32,000 bases of DNA from Candidatus Methylomirabilis limnetica (GCF_003044035.1 NZ_NVQC01000020.1:30001-62000), one strand, 5' to 3'; counted from the stretch's first letter, positions 24,222 through 32,000 are shown. Program-made: numbers and translations. The notes: generated by a model from the sequence alone, not told the origin.

Positions 24222-25394
24222 ATGCGAGATGGCCGGATTCTGATCGTCGCAGGGGAGCCCTCAGGAGACTTGCATGCCGCTTGCGTAGTTCAAGAACTCC
24301 TGCGGCGCGCCCCCCACCTTACTATAGAGGGAATCGGGGGAGACCGGATGCGCCAAGCGGGTGTCCGCCTCCATGCACATGTTGGCGATCTGGCGGTGGT
24401 CGGCATCGTCGAGGTTGCTGCCAGGCTTCCCGCCATCTGGCGGGCATATCGGAGCATGATCCGGTGTTTACGCGAGCGACGCCCGGATCTGATGATCCTT
24501 GTAGATTTTCCGGACTTCAACCTGAGGCTCGCCCGCCGGGCATTCCGACTTGGCATCCCCGTTGTCTATTTCATCAGTCCGCAGGTGTGGGCTTGGCGTG
24601 CTGGCCGGATACGGTCGATCGCGAAGTATGTCCGACGGCTCCTGGTGATCTTTCCCTTTGAGGAGAGTTTCTATCGCGAAAGGGGGATCGAAGCCGTGTA
24701 TGTCGGTTACCCGCTCCTGGATCAGTTAACGTCTTCACCATCAATGCAGGAGGCAAGGCGCCGCCTGGAACTGGAGGGGACGGCCCCAGTGCTGGGGCTC
24801 TTGCCCGGCAGCCGCGTGGGTGAGATCATGCGACATCTACCTATCTTACTCAGGTCGATCAGGCAGCTGATGATAGAGCAGCCGGGTCTTCGCGTCATCA
24901 TTGCCGTGGCCGACGGTCTTCCCCTCGACCTCATCAGATCCTACTTGAATCAAGAGGTTATCTCGGCGAGGGTTGTTCAGGGGCGAACCTATGAGGTCAT
25001 GGCTGCCTCGGACGTGATCCTTGTGGCTTCAGGTACTGCGACCCTGGAGGCGGCCATTATCGGTACCCCCATGGTGATCGTGTATCGCCTCGCATTTCTC
25101 TCGTGGCTGCTGGGCCGCGCGTTGATCAGGGTTCCGTACATCGGCATGGTAAATCTGGTAGCGGGAAGACGAGTTGTACCTGAGCTGATTCAATTTCACG
25201 CGACGCCCGAGCGGATCGCTGACGAAGTGCGCCGGTTGCTCCTGTCGACGGAGCAACGTCTCCAGATGCGGCAGGATTTCCAGCAGGTACGTGATCGATT
25301 GGGGCCGCCGGGAGCTATAGGTCGGACGGTAGACGTTATCCTTGAGTGCTTGCAGTCTGGCGCCGGGGAGGGGATGGCGGTCCAGAGAGGGTAA
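24222..25394 (+). CDS. lpxB: Lipid-A-disaccharide synthase
   Basis: Track ORF of 390 aa: ILIVAGEPSGDLHAA..., VYFISPQVWAWR, and a GT-B C-terminal half (SGTATLEAA). Confidence 0.9.
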   Translation: MRDGRILIVAGEPSGDLHAACVVQELLRRAPHLTIEGIGGDRMRQAGVRLHAHVGDLAVVGIVEVAARLPAIWRAYRSMIRCLRERRPDLMILVDFPDFNLRLARRAFRLGIPVVYFISPQVWAWRAGRIRSIAKYVRRLLVIFPFEESFYRERGIEAVYVGYPLLDQLTSSPSMQEARRRLELEGTAPVLGLLPGSRVGEIMRHLPILLRSIRQLMIEQPGLRVIIAVADGLPLDLIRSYLNQEVISARVVQGRTYEVMAASDVILVASGTATLEAAIIGTPMVIVYRLAFLSWLLGRALIRVPYIGMVNLVAGRRVVPELIQFHATPERIADEVRRLLLSTEQRLQMRQDFQQVRDRLGPPGAIGRTVDVILECLQSGAGEGMAVQRG

Positions 25395-26089
25395 TGGAGA
25401 AGTCGCCCTTTTCCAGAGCGGTCGCTGTGCTCAGGGAAGGTCGTTTTGTGCTGCGTATCGTTCCATGGCTTGCTGCGAGGGTTATGCAATGCCTATTTCG
25501 GCTGCTGCGGATCGTTCATGTTGGCCGTACGTATCCTGAAAGCTGCTGGGCAAAGGGGGAGCGAATCATCGTGGTCTTCTGGCACGGCCGGCTCCTGATG
25601 ATGCCCTTTGTCTATCCCGGGAAGCCGGGAGTGCTCCTTGTCAGCCAGCATCGGGATGGGGAGTATTTCAGCCGAATTGCAACGCTTCTCGGGTTCGAGG
25701 TGATTCGAGGCTCAGCGACACGTGGCGGCATGCGCGCTCTCAAGCAGATGATTCGCGCCATCAAAGGAAGGCTGAACCTGGTTGTTACCCCGGATGGCCC
25801 AAAGGGACCGCGAGCAAAGGTCAGGCCCGGCGTCATCGAGGTGGCGAAGCTGACGGGGGCTCCTATTGTGCCGGTGAGCTTTAGTGCGTCGCGACGCCGA
25901 ATCCTCCAGAGCTGGGACGCCTTCCTCGTACCGGTCCCATTCTCCCGTGCCGTATACATCTGGGGGGAACCGATGTACGTTCCTCCGACGGCGACTAAGG
26001 ATGAGGTGACAAAGTATCAGGAAGCCCTCGAAGAACGCCTCGACCTGCTCACGATGAAGGCCGACGATTACTTCAGGGCGAATCTGTGA
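25394..26089 (+). CDS. DUF374 / lysophospholipid-acyltransferase-like protein
   Basis: The ATG at 25394 overlaps the lpxB stop (TAATG). MEKSPFSR...VFWHGRLLMMPF...VSQHRDGEYFSRI...RGSATRGG...TPDGPKGP is the DUF374 pattern often seen next to waaA. Confidence 0.7.
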   Translation: MEKSPFSRAVAVLREGRFVLRIVPWLAARVMQCLFRLLRIVHVGRTYPESCWAKGERIIVVFWHGRLLMMPFVYPGKPGVLLVSQHRDGEYFSRIATLLGFEVIRGSATRGGMRALKQMIRAIKGRLNLVVTPDGPKGPRAKVRPGVIEVAKLTGAPIVPVSFSASRRRILQSWDAFLVPVPFSRAVYIWGEPMYVPPTATKDEVTKYQEALEERLDLLTMKADDYFRANL

Positions 26090-26105
26090 CGACCGGTATG
26101 CCGGG

Positions 26106-27392
26106 ATGTATTCTGTCTACACCCTCCTGCTGACCCTCGTTTTACTTGTCTGGTCACCCTCTATCATTTTGAGGGCCCTTCGAAGCCCCTACTACCGGGA
26201 GGGATGGCGTGAGCGTCTGGGTTGTTACCCTAAACCACTGCTCTCACGGCTTCAAGCCGTTCAGCCTGTCTGGATACATGCCGTCTCGGTGGGGGAGGTC
26301 GGCGCTGCCTCCGTCCTGGCTAATCTCTGGACCGCTCGTCGGCCAACGCTACCGCTCCTGGTCTCAACAGTAACCGGAACCGGACGAGAGGTTGCCAGAC
26401 GAACGTTTCCGCAGGCAGCGGCAGTGGTGTACTTCCCGATCGATCTCCCAATGATCGTTCATCGGGCCATTGCTACCGTGAGACCCCGCCTCATCCTCCT
26501 CACAGAGACAGAAATCTGGCCAAATTTTCTCTACGAATGTGCTGCCTCAAGGATTCCGGTAGCCATCATCAATGGTCGGATATCAGAGCGCTCTTTTTCA
26601 CGCTACTGCCTCGTCCGACCCTTCATCCGCCGGGTCCTTCAACGCGTTGATCTCTTTTGCATGCAAACCGGCACAGACGCGAAGCGGATTCTTGCGTTGG
26701 GTGCCAGTCCTGAGCGGGTGCATGTGGTGGGCAATCTCAAGGTCGATGCAGCCCCCCACGCTGACGCCTCATCGCTTGCCGAACAGTGGCGTCGGGAACT
26801 TCACATCGAAGCCGAGATACCGATCCTGGTGGCAGGAAGTACTCATGCAGGTGAGGAGGAGGTATTGCTGCAGGTCTTTGGTCGCCTGCGCGGTGAGTTC
26901 CCGGACCTTCTGTTGATTCTGGCGCCACGCCATCCCGAGCGCGTCACCCAGGTAGAGACGATGGTTGCAGACTATGGCCTGACTGCAGTGAGACGGAGCG
27001 CCTTAGCTCAAGGAAGAGGCGACGCAAAGGAAGTGATCCTCGTGGACACCGTTGGTGAGCTGTCGACACTATATGCGGTGGGGAGTATCAGCTTTGTTGG
27101 AGGGAGCCTCATACCCAGAGGTGGCCACAACCTGCTTGAGCCGGCCCTGTACGGTCGTCCGATTCTGTTCGGTCCCCATATGGAAAACTTCGCTGAAGCG
27201 AGCGCATACCTAATCGAATGGGGGGCGGCTATCCAGGTAAGCGATGCGGCGGACCTTACCAGGCAGCTCGCCATACTCCTGCGTGATCCCGCCGCCAGGG
27301 AGAGTATGGGGCAAGCTGCAATGGCAGCTTTGGCGGCCCATCACGGCGCGTGTGAGCGGACGGTAGCCCTTCTGGAGAAGTTCGTTTTGTGA
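26106..27392 (+). CDS. waaA: 3-deoxy-D-manno-octulosonic acid (Kdo) transferase
   Basis: Track ORF of 428 aa with an N-terminal membrane anchor, then WIHAVSVGE, ETEIWPN and GGSL...GGHN..EPA. Confidence 0.9.
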   Translation: MYSVYTLLLTLVLLVWSPSIILRALRSPYYREGWRERLGCYPKPLLSRLQAVQPVWIHAVSVGEVGAASVLANLWTARRPTLPLLVSTVTGTGREVARRTFPQAAAVVYFPIDLPMIVHRAIATVRPRLILLTETEIWPNFLYECAASRIPVAIINGRISERSFSRYCLVRPFIRRVLQRVDLFCMQTGTDAKRILALGASPERVHVVGNLKVDAAPHADASSLAEQWRRELHIEAEIPILVAGSTHAGEEEVLLQVFGRLRGEFPDLLLILAPRHPERVTQVETMVADYGLTAVRRSALAQGRGDAKEVILVDTVGELSTLYAVGSISFVGGSLIPRGGHNLLEPALYGRPILFGPHMENFAEASAYLIEWGAAIQVSDAADLTRQLAILLRDPAARESMGQAAMAALAAHHGACERTVALLEKFVL

Positions 27393-28513
27393 AAGGCATA
27401 GAGGCGCTCTCGGCCTGGACGCAACACTGCATGGCGGAGGCTTCGGAGCAATGGACCGCTCAAGCCTGGCTGACGTGCTTGCGTCCGGTCTCGTATGCGT
27501 ATGGGGCAGCAATCTCGCTTCGGGCTGCGCTCTTTGCGTCTGGTCTCGCCAGGACTCGCCGACTTCCAGTCCCGGTGCTGAGCGTTGGAAACGTAAGTGC
27601 TGGCGGAAGCGGGAAGACCCCGTTCGTTGAGATGTTGGCCGCTCGGCTGCGCGAGCAAGGCCAGCGGGTGGTCATCATTTCACGGGGGTATCGAGGTGGT
27701 TTGAAGAAGCCAACAATTATCAGCGACGGCAGAGATCTACGATGTGAACCGCCGGTCGCCGCTGACGAGGCCTATATGCTGGCCAGGCACCTGCCGGGTG
27801 TCGCTGTCTTGACGGGAGCCGACCGATACCGAGTTGGTGAGGTTGCCCTTGAGCAGGTGGATTGCGGTGTCATTATTCTGGATGATGGGTTTCAACATCT
27901 CAGGCTCTACCGCGATCTGGATATCGTCCTGGTTGACGCGGGCAACCCTCTTGGCTACGGTCGGCTGTTGCCCTCGGGGTTGTTGCGGGAGCCTCCGGAG
28001 GCGCTCGGACGGGCCGACATCGTGGTCGTCACCCACGCTGACGCCGGACGGGACCTGGACCCCGCCATGCAGGCGATCCGACGGTATGCGCCGACCACCC
28101 CAATCGCCCTGGCTGTTCATCGGCCTATTGGCCTCATCGATGTCAACGGCGGAGAACGCCTGGGCCTTGAACGTCTCACTGGTCAGCGGTTGTTGGCAGC
28201 CTCTGGCATCGCCAATCCGAGCCGGTTTGAGGCCACCCTTGTTCAGCTTGGCGCCTTCGTTGTGGCTCGTCGTGTCTTCCCCGATCACCACCGCTATTCT
28301 ACCGCCGACCTGGAGATCATCAACGAAGCGGCCAGGAAGAGCGGCGCCTCCATGGTAGTCACCACAGAAAAGGATATGGTAAAATTGACGTGCTTGGACC
28401 TTGCAAAGGTGGAGGCACCGTTCTACGCCCTGTCGATCTCACTCGAATTGGTGGAAGGGGTGGAGGTGTTAGACGCCATGGTGAGCCGCATGGTGAAACT
28501 GAGCGCCTCATGA
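27389..28513 (+). CDS. lpxK: Tetraacyldisaccharide 4'-kinase
   Basis: P-loop VGNVSAGGSGKTP, then ISRGY and DDGFQH. GTGA overlap with waaA. Confidence 0.9.
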   Translation: MKGIEALSAWTQHCMAEASEQWTAQAWLTCLRPVSYAYGAAISLRAALFASGLARTRRLPVPVLSVGNVSAGGSGKTPFVEMLAARLREQGQRVVIISRGYRGGLKKPTIISDGRDLRCEPPVAADEAYMLARHLPGVAVLTGADRYRVGEVALEQVDCGVIILDDGFQHLRLYRDLDIVLVDAGNPLGYGRLLPSGLLREPPEALGRADIVVVTHADAGRDLDPAMQAIRRYAPTTPIALAVHRPIGLIDVNGGERLGLERLTGQRLLAASGIANPSRFEATLVQLGAFVVARRVFPDHHRYSTADLEIINEAARKSGASMVVTTEKDMVKLTCLDLAKVEAPFYALSISLELVEGVEVLDAMVSRMVKLSAS

Positions 28514-29493
28514 AGCCCAAGACCATGGGCGGTATTGCCGCCTATCTCGAATACCTCCTCGCGATGGGACTCGCGAAGGGATTGTTGTACCTGCCATCTT
28601 CAGTGGCCTACTCTGTAGGTGAGGGATTGGCTGGGCTGCTCTACCGCTTTGATCACAAGCATCGCCTTGTTGCTCATGAGAACCTGCATCGGGCCTTTCA
28701 TGGTGAGCTTTCCTCTATGGAGATTGATGAACTTACGCGCTTATGCTTTATCAATCTCGGCCGAACCGTTGTCGAGACCTGTCGGAGTCTCAAGATCGAT
28801 CGAGAGAACTTCCGGCAAGTTATCGGGGTCGAAGGGTATGAGCACATCCAGCAGGCCAAGCGCAGAGGGAAAGGAATCATCTACGTCACCGCGCACTTGG
28901 GTTCGTGGGAACTGCTGCCGCTTGCGGTAGGCCTTATGGGTGAGCCGTTGTCTGCTGTGACGCGCCCCCTGGATAATCCATACCTCGATAGGGCAATCAA
29001 CCGGTTGCGGACCGCCTGGGGAACGAGGGTATTAGCCAAGAAACAGGTGATGCCGGTGCTGGTGCGGGCGCTGCTTCGTGGGGAGAGCGTCGCGATCCTC
29101 ATGGATCAAAACACCACCTGGAAAGAGGGGGTCTTTGTCGATTTCTTTGGTATGCAGGCCTGCACGACCCTTGCGCCAGCTCTCCTGGCCCTCAGAACCG
29201 ACGCATCGGTTCTTCCTGCCGCCATCATACGGTGCGGGCGGGACCGGCACACTGTTCTTGTGGAGAAAGAGATCCCCTTGATCAGGACCGGGCGCCTGAA
29301 GGCAGACGTCATTGCCAACACCGCCTCTTTCACCAAGGCCATCGAAGCGTTCGTTCGGAGGGAGCCGGCCCAGTGGCTCTGGCTCCATCGCAGATGGAAA
29401 ACACAACCGCGTGCCACGTGCCAGGTTCCGAACCTGGAATCCGGAACCCGATACGTGGAATCTGGAACTGCGAGGCAGAACCCGACACAATGA
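28510..29493 (+). CDS. lpxL: Lipid A biosynthesis late (lauroyl/myristoyl-type) acyltransferase, LpxL/HtrB family; C-terminal tail encoded by a repeat element
   Basis: The ATG at 28510 (ATGA overlap with lpxK) gives MKPKTMGGIAAYLEY.... It has the HX4E motif TAHLGSWELL, then ...PAQWLWLHRRWK, followed by about 30 extra residues. Confidence 0.8.
   Translation: MKPKTMGGIAAYLEYLLAMGLAKGLLYLPSSVAYSVGEGLAGLLYRFDHKHRLVAHENLHRAFHGELSSMEIDELTRLCFINLGRTVVETCRSLKIDRENFRQVIGVEGYEHIQQAKRRGKGIIYVTAHLGSWELLPLAVGLMGEPLSAVTRPLDNPYLDRAINRLRTAWGTRVLAKKQVMPVLVRALLRGESVAILMDQNTTWKEGVFVDFFGMQACTTLAPALLALRTDASVLPAAIIRCGRDRHTVLVEKEIPLIRTGRLKADVIANTASFTKAIEAFVRREPAQWLWLHRRWKTQPRATCQVPNLESGTRYVESGTARQNPTQ
29411..29488 (+). 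repeat. Degenerate heptamer-periodic element, copy E5, at the lpxL / heptosyltransferase junction
   Basis: Period-7 string ...ACCTGGA ATCCGGA ACCCGAT ACGTGGA ATCTGGA ACTGCGA.... Inverted repeat GGTTCCG (29424-29430) / CGGAACC (29442-29448). Positions 29462-29488 match 22285-22311 of copy E3 at 20/27 positions, ungapped and aligned by hand. Confidence 0.55.
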
Positions 29494-31214
29494 GTGTGGC
29501 GACGCTTCGCATCAGGCGTACCTTCGAACCAGACCAGATTCGATCTATCCTGGTCGTAAGCCCTAATTGGTTGGGCGACGCGGTCCTCGCTCTGCCTGCG
29601 CTCGCCAACCTCCGCCGCTCCTTTCCTGAAGCAAGAATCTCACTTCTCGTGCGCCCGTGGCTTAGCCAGTTGTTTCGATCCTTACCGTTCATCGACGAGC
29701 TCGTTGAGTTGCCAAGCAGAGGTGAGCTGATGTGGGCGGCGACAGCACTACGGCAACGAGACTTTGAATTGGCCCTGCTCTTACCGAACAGCTTCCGAAC
29801 AGCTCTGATCGTCCGGCTGGCAGGAATTCCGCACCGGGTCGGGTATGTGGCCGATGGACGGGGCCCTCTTTTGACGGTTGGGGTGTGCCCCTCACCTTCG
29901 AGTTTCGAGTTTCGAGTTTCGAGTTACGCGTCACGAGATTCTTTGAACCCGAAACCCGAAATCCGAAACCCGAAACTTCATCATCAGGCAGACTCCTACC
30001 TTGGCCTGCTCCGATCGCTTAAGTGGGATGCGTGGTCGCGTCCGACAGCTTCTCTGCTTCCGCCGGGAAGCGACGCGGAAGCAGAGAAGCTGCTCACCGA
30101 CTTGGGTCTCCCCTCTCACACCATGTTAATTGGCATGACCCCCGGTGCTGCCTATGGGACGGCAAAGCGTTGGCCGACTGACCGGTTTGCCGCAGCAGCC
30201 GATCTTTTGATTGATCGCCTTGGAGCCACCGTCCTGTTATTCGGTTCACCGAGGGAAGCCTCGTTAACAAGCGCCATCCGCGAGCGGATGCGCGGAGCTG
30301 CTATCGACTTCGGTGGCCGGACGACTCTTCCCGAATTGTCCGGCCTGCTCAGTCGATGCGCGCTGCTCCTCACGAACGATACGGGGACGATGCATCTCGC
30401 CTCCGCGTTAGGGGTGCCGTGCGTCGCCCTGTTCGGCCCGACGGATCCTCTCCGAACAGGGCCTCTCGGCTCTGGACATCGGGTTCTTCACGATCCGCCG
30501 GCCTGCAGTCCGTGTCGCTACCGCGACTGCCCGATCGACCATCGATGCATGCAGGCGCTGGACGTGGAGAGGGTTGTGGCTGCCGTGGAGGCCCTTCTCA
30601 CACGATCAACCTCCACTACCGAGGAGAACGTCCGGATGCGGCCCGCGGTCTTTCTGGACCGGGACGGTACCATCAACGAGGAGATCGGGCCGATTCAACA
30701 CCCAGACTTGATGAGACCGATTCCCGGGGCGGCAGAAGCGTTGAAACGCCTTGGCGAGGAAGGGTATCTGCGGATCGTGGTCACCAATCAGGCGCGAGTG
30801 GCCCGAGGGGACGCAACGGAAGAGCTGGTTGAAGCGACCCATCGGCGACTCCTGCAGTTGCTCCGCGAGGCGGGAGGCGAGATGGATGCCTTCTACTACT
30901 GCCCTCATCATCCTCGGGAAGGGCTCTTCCCGTACAGACGGGCCTGCCTGTGTCGTAAGCCTGCCCCCGGGTTGATTCAGCAGGCGGCCTTTGAGCAGCA
31001 GGTAGACATGGAGCGATCGTACGTCGTTGGGGATAAGGTGAGCGATATGCTGCTGGCAGATCGGCTAGGCCTCCCCTCGGTGCTGGTACTGACCGGCTAT
31101 GGGCGCGAGTCGTTGGATCGCCTTCATGCGGCGGGAGGTCCAATGCCCGCTCATACGGCTAGAGATCTGCTGGGCGCCACCGAGTGGATTGTGCAACGGA
31201 GCGGCCGAGGATGA
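29490..31214 (+). CDS. Fusion protein: GT9 ADP-heptose:LPS heptosyltransferase (WaaF-like) plus D,D-heptose 1,7-bisphosphate phosphatase (GmhB)
   Basis: The ATG at 29490 (ATGA overlap with lpxL) gives MSVATLRIRR..IRSILVVSPNWLGDAVLALPAL (GT9 N-terminus)...NDTGTMHLASALGVP. From 30636 the sequence is MRPAVFLDRDGTINEE...VVTNQ...CPHHP...CLCRKP...VGDKVSDM, a GmhB HAD phosphatase with a Zn-Cys motif. Confidence 0.8.
   Translation: MSVATLRIRRTFEPDQIRSILVVSPNWLGDAVLALPALANLRRSFPEARISLLVRPWLSQLFRSLPFIDELVELPSRGELMWAATALRQRDFELALLLPNSFRTALIVRLAGIPHRVGYVADGRGPLLTVGVCPSPSSFEFRVSSYASRDSLNPKPEIRNPKLHHQADSYLGLLRSLKWDAWSRPTASLLPPGSDAEAEKLLTDLGLPSHTMLIGMTPGAAYGTAKRWPTDRFAAAADLLIDRLGATVLLFGSPREASLTSAIRERMRGAAIDFGGRTTLPELSGLLSRCALLLTNDTGTMHLASALGVPCVALFGPTDPLRTGPLGSGHRVLHDPPACSPCRYRDCPIDHRCMQALDVERVVAAVEALLTRSTSTTEENVRMRPAVFLDRDGTINEEIGPIQHPDLMRPIPGAAEALKRLGEEGYLRIVVTNQARVARGDATEELVEATHRRLLQLLREAGGEMDAFYYCPHHPREGLFPYRRACLCRKPAPGLIQQAAFEQQVDMERSYVVGDKVSDMLLADRLGLPSVLVLTGYGRESLDRLHAAGGPMPAHTARDLLGATEWIVQRSGRG
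29897..29978 (+). repeat. Heptamer-armed palindromic element, copy E4 (in frame inside the heptosyltransferase domain)
   Basis: TTCG AGTTTCG AGTTTCG AGTTTCG AGTTACG CGTCACG AGATTCT TTGAACC CGAAACC CGAAATC CGAAACC CGAAACT T. It encodes SSFEFRVSSYASRDSLNPKPEIRNPKL. Confidence 0.8.
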
Positions 31215-32000
31215 GAGCCGTGTCTTCAATCGGCGCTGTGCCGATGGAGCAGGTCCAGCGCATCCTCATCATTAAGCCGAGCTCCATCGGCGATGTGGTG
31301 AACGCGCTCCCGTTCCTTAGCTCGCTCAGACAGCGGTACCCTGATCGGCACATCGCATGGCTGGTGGAGGAGGAGGCGGCAGAGCTGCTGCTGGGTCATC
31401 CCTTGCTGGATCGGGTCATCGTTTCAGGCCGCAGGCGATGGGGACGGGAGGTACGGACCCCCTTCCGCGGGGCGAAGGTGCTGCGAGAGATGACCGCGCT
31501 TATCGCTGATCTTCGTCAGGGTCGGTACGACCTTGTTGTCGATTTACAGGGACTGCTGAAGAGCGCCCTCACGGTGGTCTGTACCGGCGCGCGATATCGG
31601 GTCGGTCTCGCGGGGGGGCGCGAGGGGAGCGATCGCGCGTTAACTCACGTGGTGCCGCTTCCACCAGGACCGCTACATGCCGTGGACCGGTACCTGGAAG
31701 CCGCCAGGTTTTTGGGAGCAGACCCACTATCGAAAGCGTTCGTGTTCCCTTCCCGACCCGAGGACGGGGCGAGGGCTGAGGCGCTCCTGGCTGAGGCCGC
31801 CGTGACGCCGAATAATCCGGTGATCGCCCTGAATCCTCAGGCGCGTTGGCGGACGAAACTCTGGGAAGAGGAGCGATTTGCGCGTGTGGGGGAAGTGCTG
31901 GCACAGCGGCATGGGGCCAGGATCCTTGTGATCGGCTCCTCATCGGACCTTCCACTGGCCAGGCGTCTGGTAAGCCACATGAACCCAGCCCCGTTCGTGG
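31211..32000 (+). CDS. GT9-family LPS heptosyltransferase (WaaC-like), partial; continues past the window end
   Basis: My translation from the ATG at 31211 (ATGA overlap): MRAVSSIGAVPMEQVQRILIIKPSSIGDVVNALPFLSSLRQRYPDRHIAWLVEEE...DLQGLLKSA...LHAVDRYLEAA...NPQARWRTKLWEEERFARV. The frame is open to the window end. It is missing from the track because it has no in-window stop. Confidence 0.8.
   Translation, partial: MRAVSSIGAVPMEQVQRILIIKPSSIGDVVNALPFLSSLRQRYPDRHIAWLVEEEAAELLLGHPLLDRVIVSGRRRWGREVRTPFRGAKVLREMTALIADLRQGRYDLVVDLQGLLKSALTVVCTGARYRVGLAGGREGSDRALTHVVPLPPGPLHAVDRYLEAARFLGADPLSKAFVFPSRPEDGARAEALLAEAAVTPNNPVIALNPQARWRTKLWEEERFARVGEVLAQRHGARILVIGSSSDLPLARRLVSHMNPAPFV

Overview
The window looks like chromosomal DNA of a diderm (Gram-negative-type) bacterium. 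By eye it is fairly GC-rich and densely coding, with many ATGA, GTGA and TAATG start/stop overlaps.

Gene content, left to right:
- A partial MtnX-like HAD phosphatase (minus strand) and a transaldolase-family gene.
- A 25-codon remnant of a GDP-mannose 4,6-dehydratase gene.
- A minus-strand operon for tetrahydromethanopterin (H4MPT) cofactor synthesis: SDR, dihydropteroate-synthase-like protein, DUF447 and beta-RFAP synthase.
- tRNA-Val(CAC) with its own promoter and terminator.
- An IS200/RAYT-like HUH-Tyr transposase gene with REP-like hairpins.
- bioB-bioA-bioD, rlpA, lysS, lolC/E-lolD and clpC.
- A roughly 15 kb outer-membrane and LPS gene string: bamA-skp-lpxD-fabZ-lpxA-lpxI-(Gfo/Idh/MocA)-lpxB-DUF374-waaA-lpxK-lpxL-(waaF::gmhB fusion)-waaC-like.

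The most unusual signal is not a gene cluster but a family of palindromic elements whose arms are tandem heptanucleotides, (AGTTTCG)n ... (CGAAACY)n.
- Four copies lie in this 32 kb window, all co-oriented with host transcription.
- One fills the lpxA-lpxI spacer.
- One forms the C-terminal tail and stop codon of lpxL.
- Two sit in frame inside conserved enzymes (beta-RFAP synthase and the heptosyltransferase). They give two unrelated proteins the identical peptide SSFEFRVSS.
- The heptamers contain no stop codon in any of the six frames, which may explain why coding sequence tolerates them.

Other observations:
- A second heptamer-armed palindrome, (nnTCAGC)n/(GCTGAnn)n.
- C/G-rich palindromes on both sides of bioA.
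- A decayed mobile or defence patch downstream of tRNA-Val. It holds the RAYT-like gene, whose HUH-Tyr linker is itself encoded by a REP-like hairpin, plus a frameshifted methyltransferase C-terminal remnant and a flanking bipartite direct repeat.
- A heptosyltransferase-GmhB fusion that keeps an internal SD and ATG.

All calls come from reading the sequence and the ORF track and from remembered family motifs. No database search was run. The organism cannot be assigned. H4MPT genes together with LpxI would fit an NC10/Methylomirabilis-like or other C1-metabolising lineage, but that is speculation.
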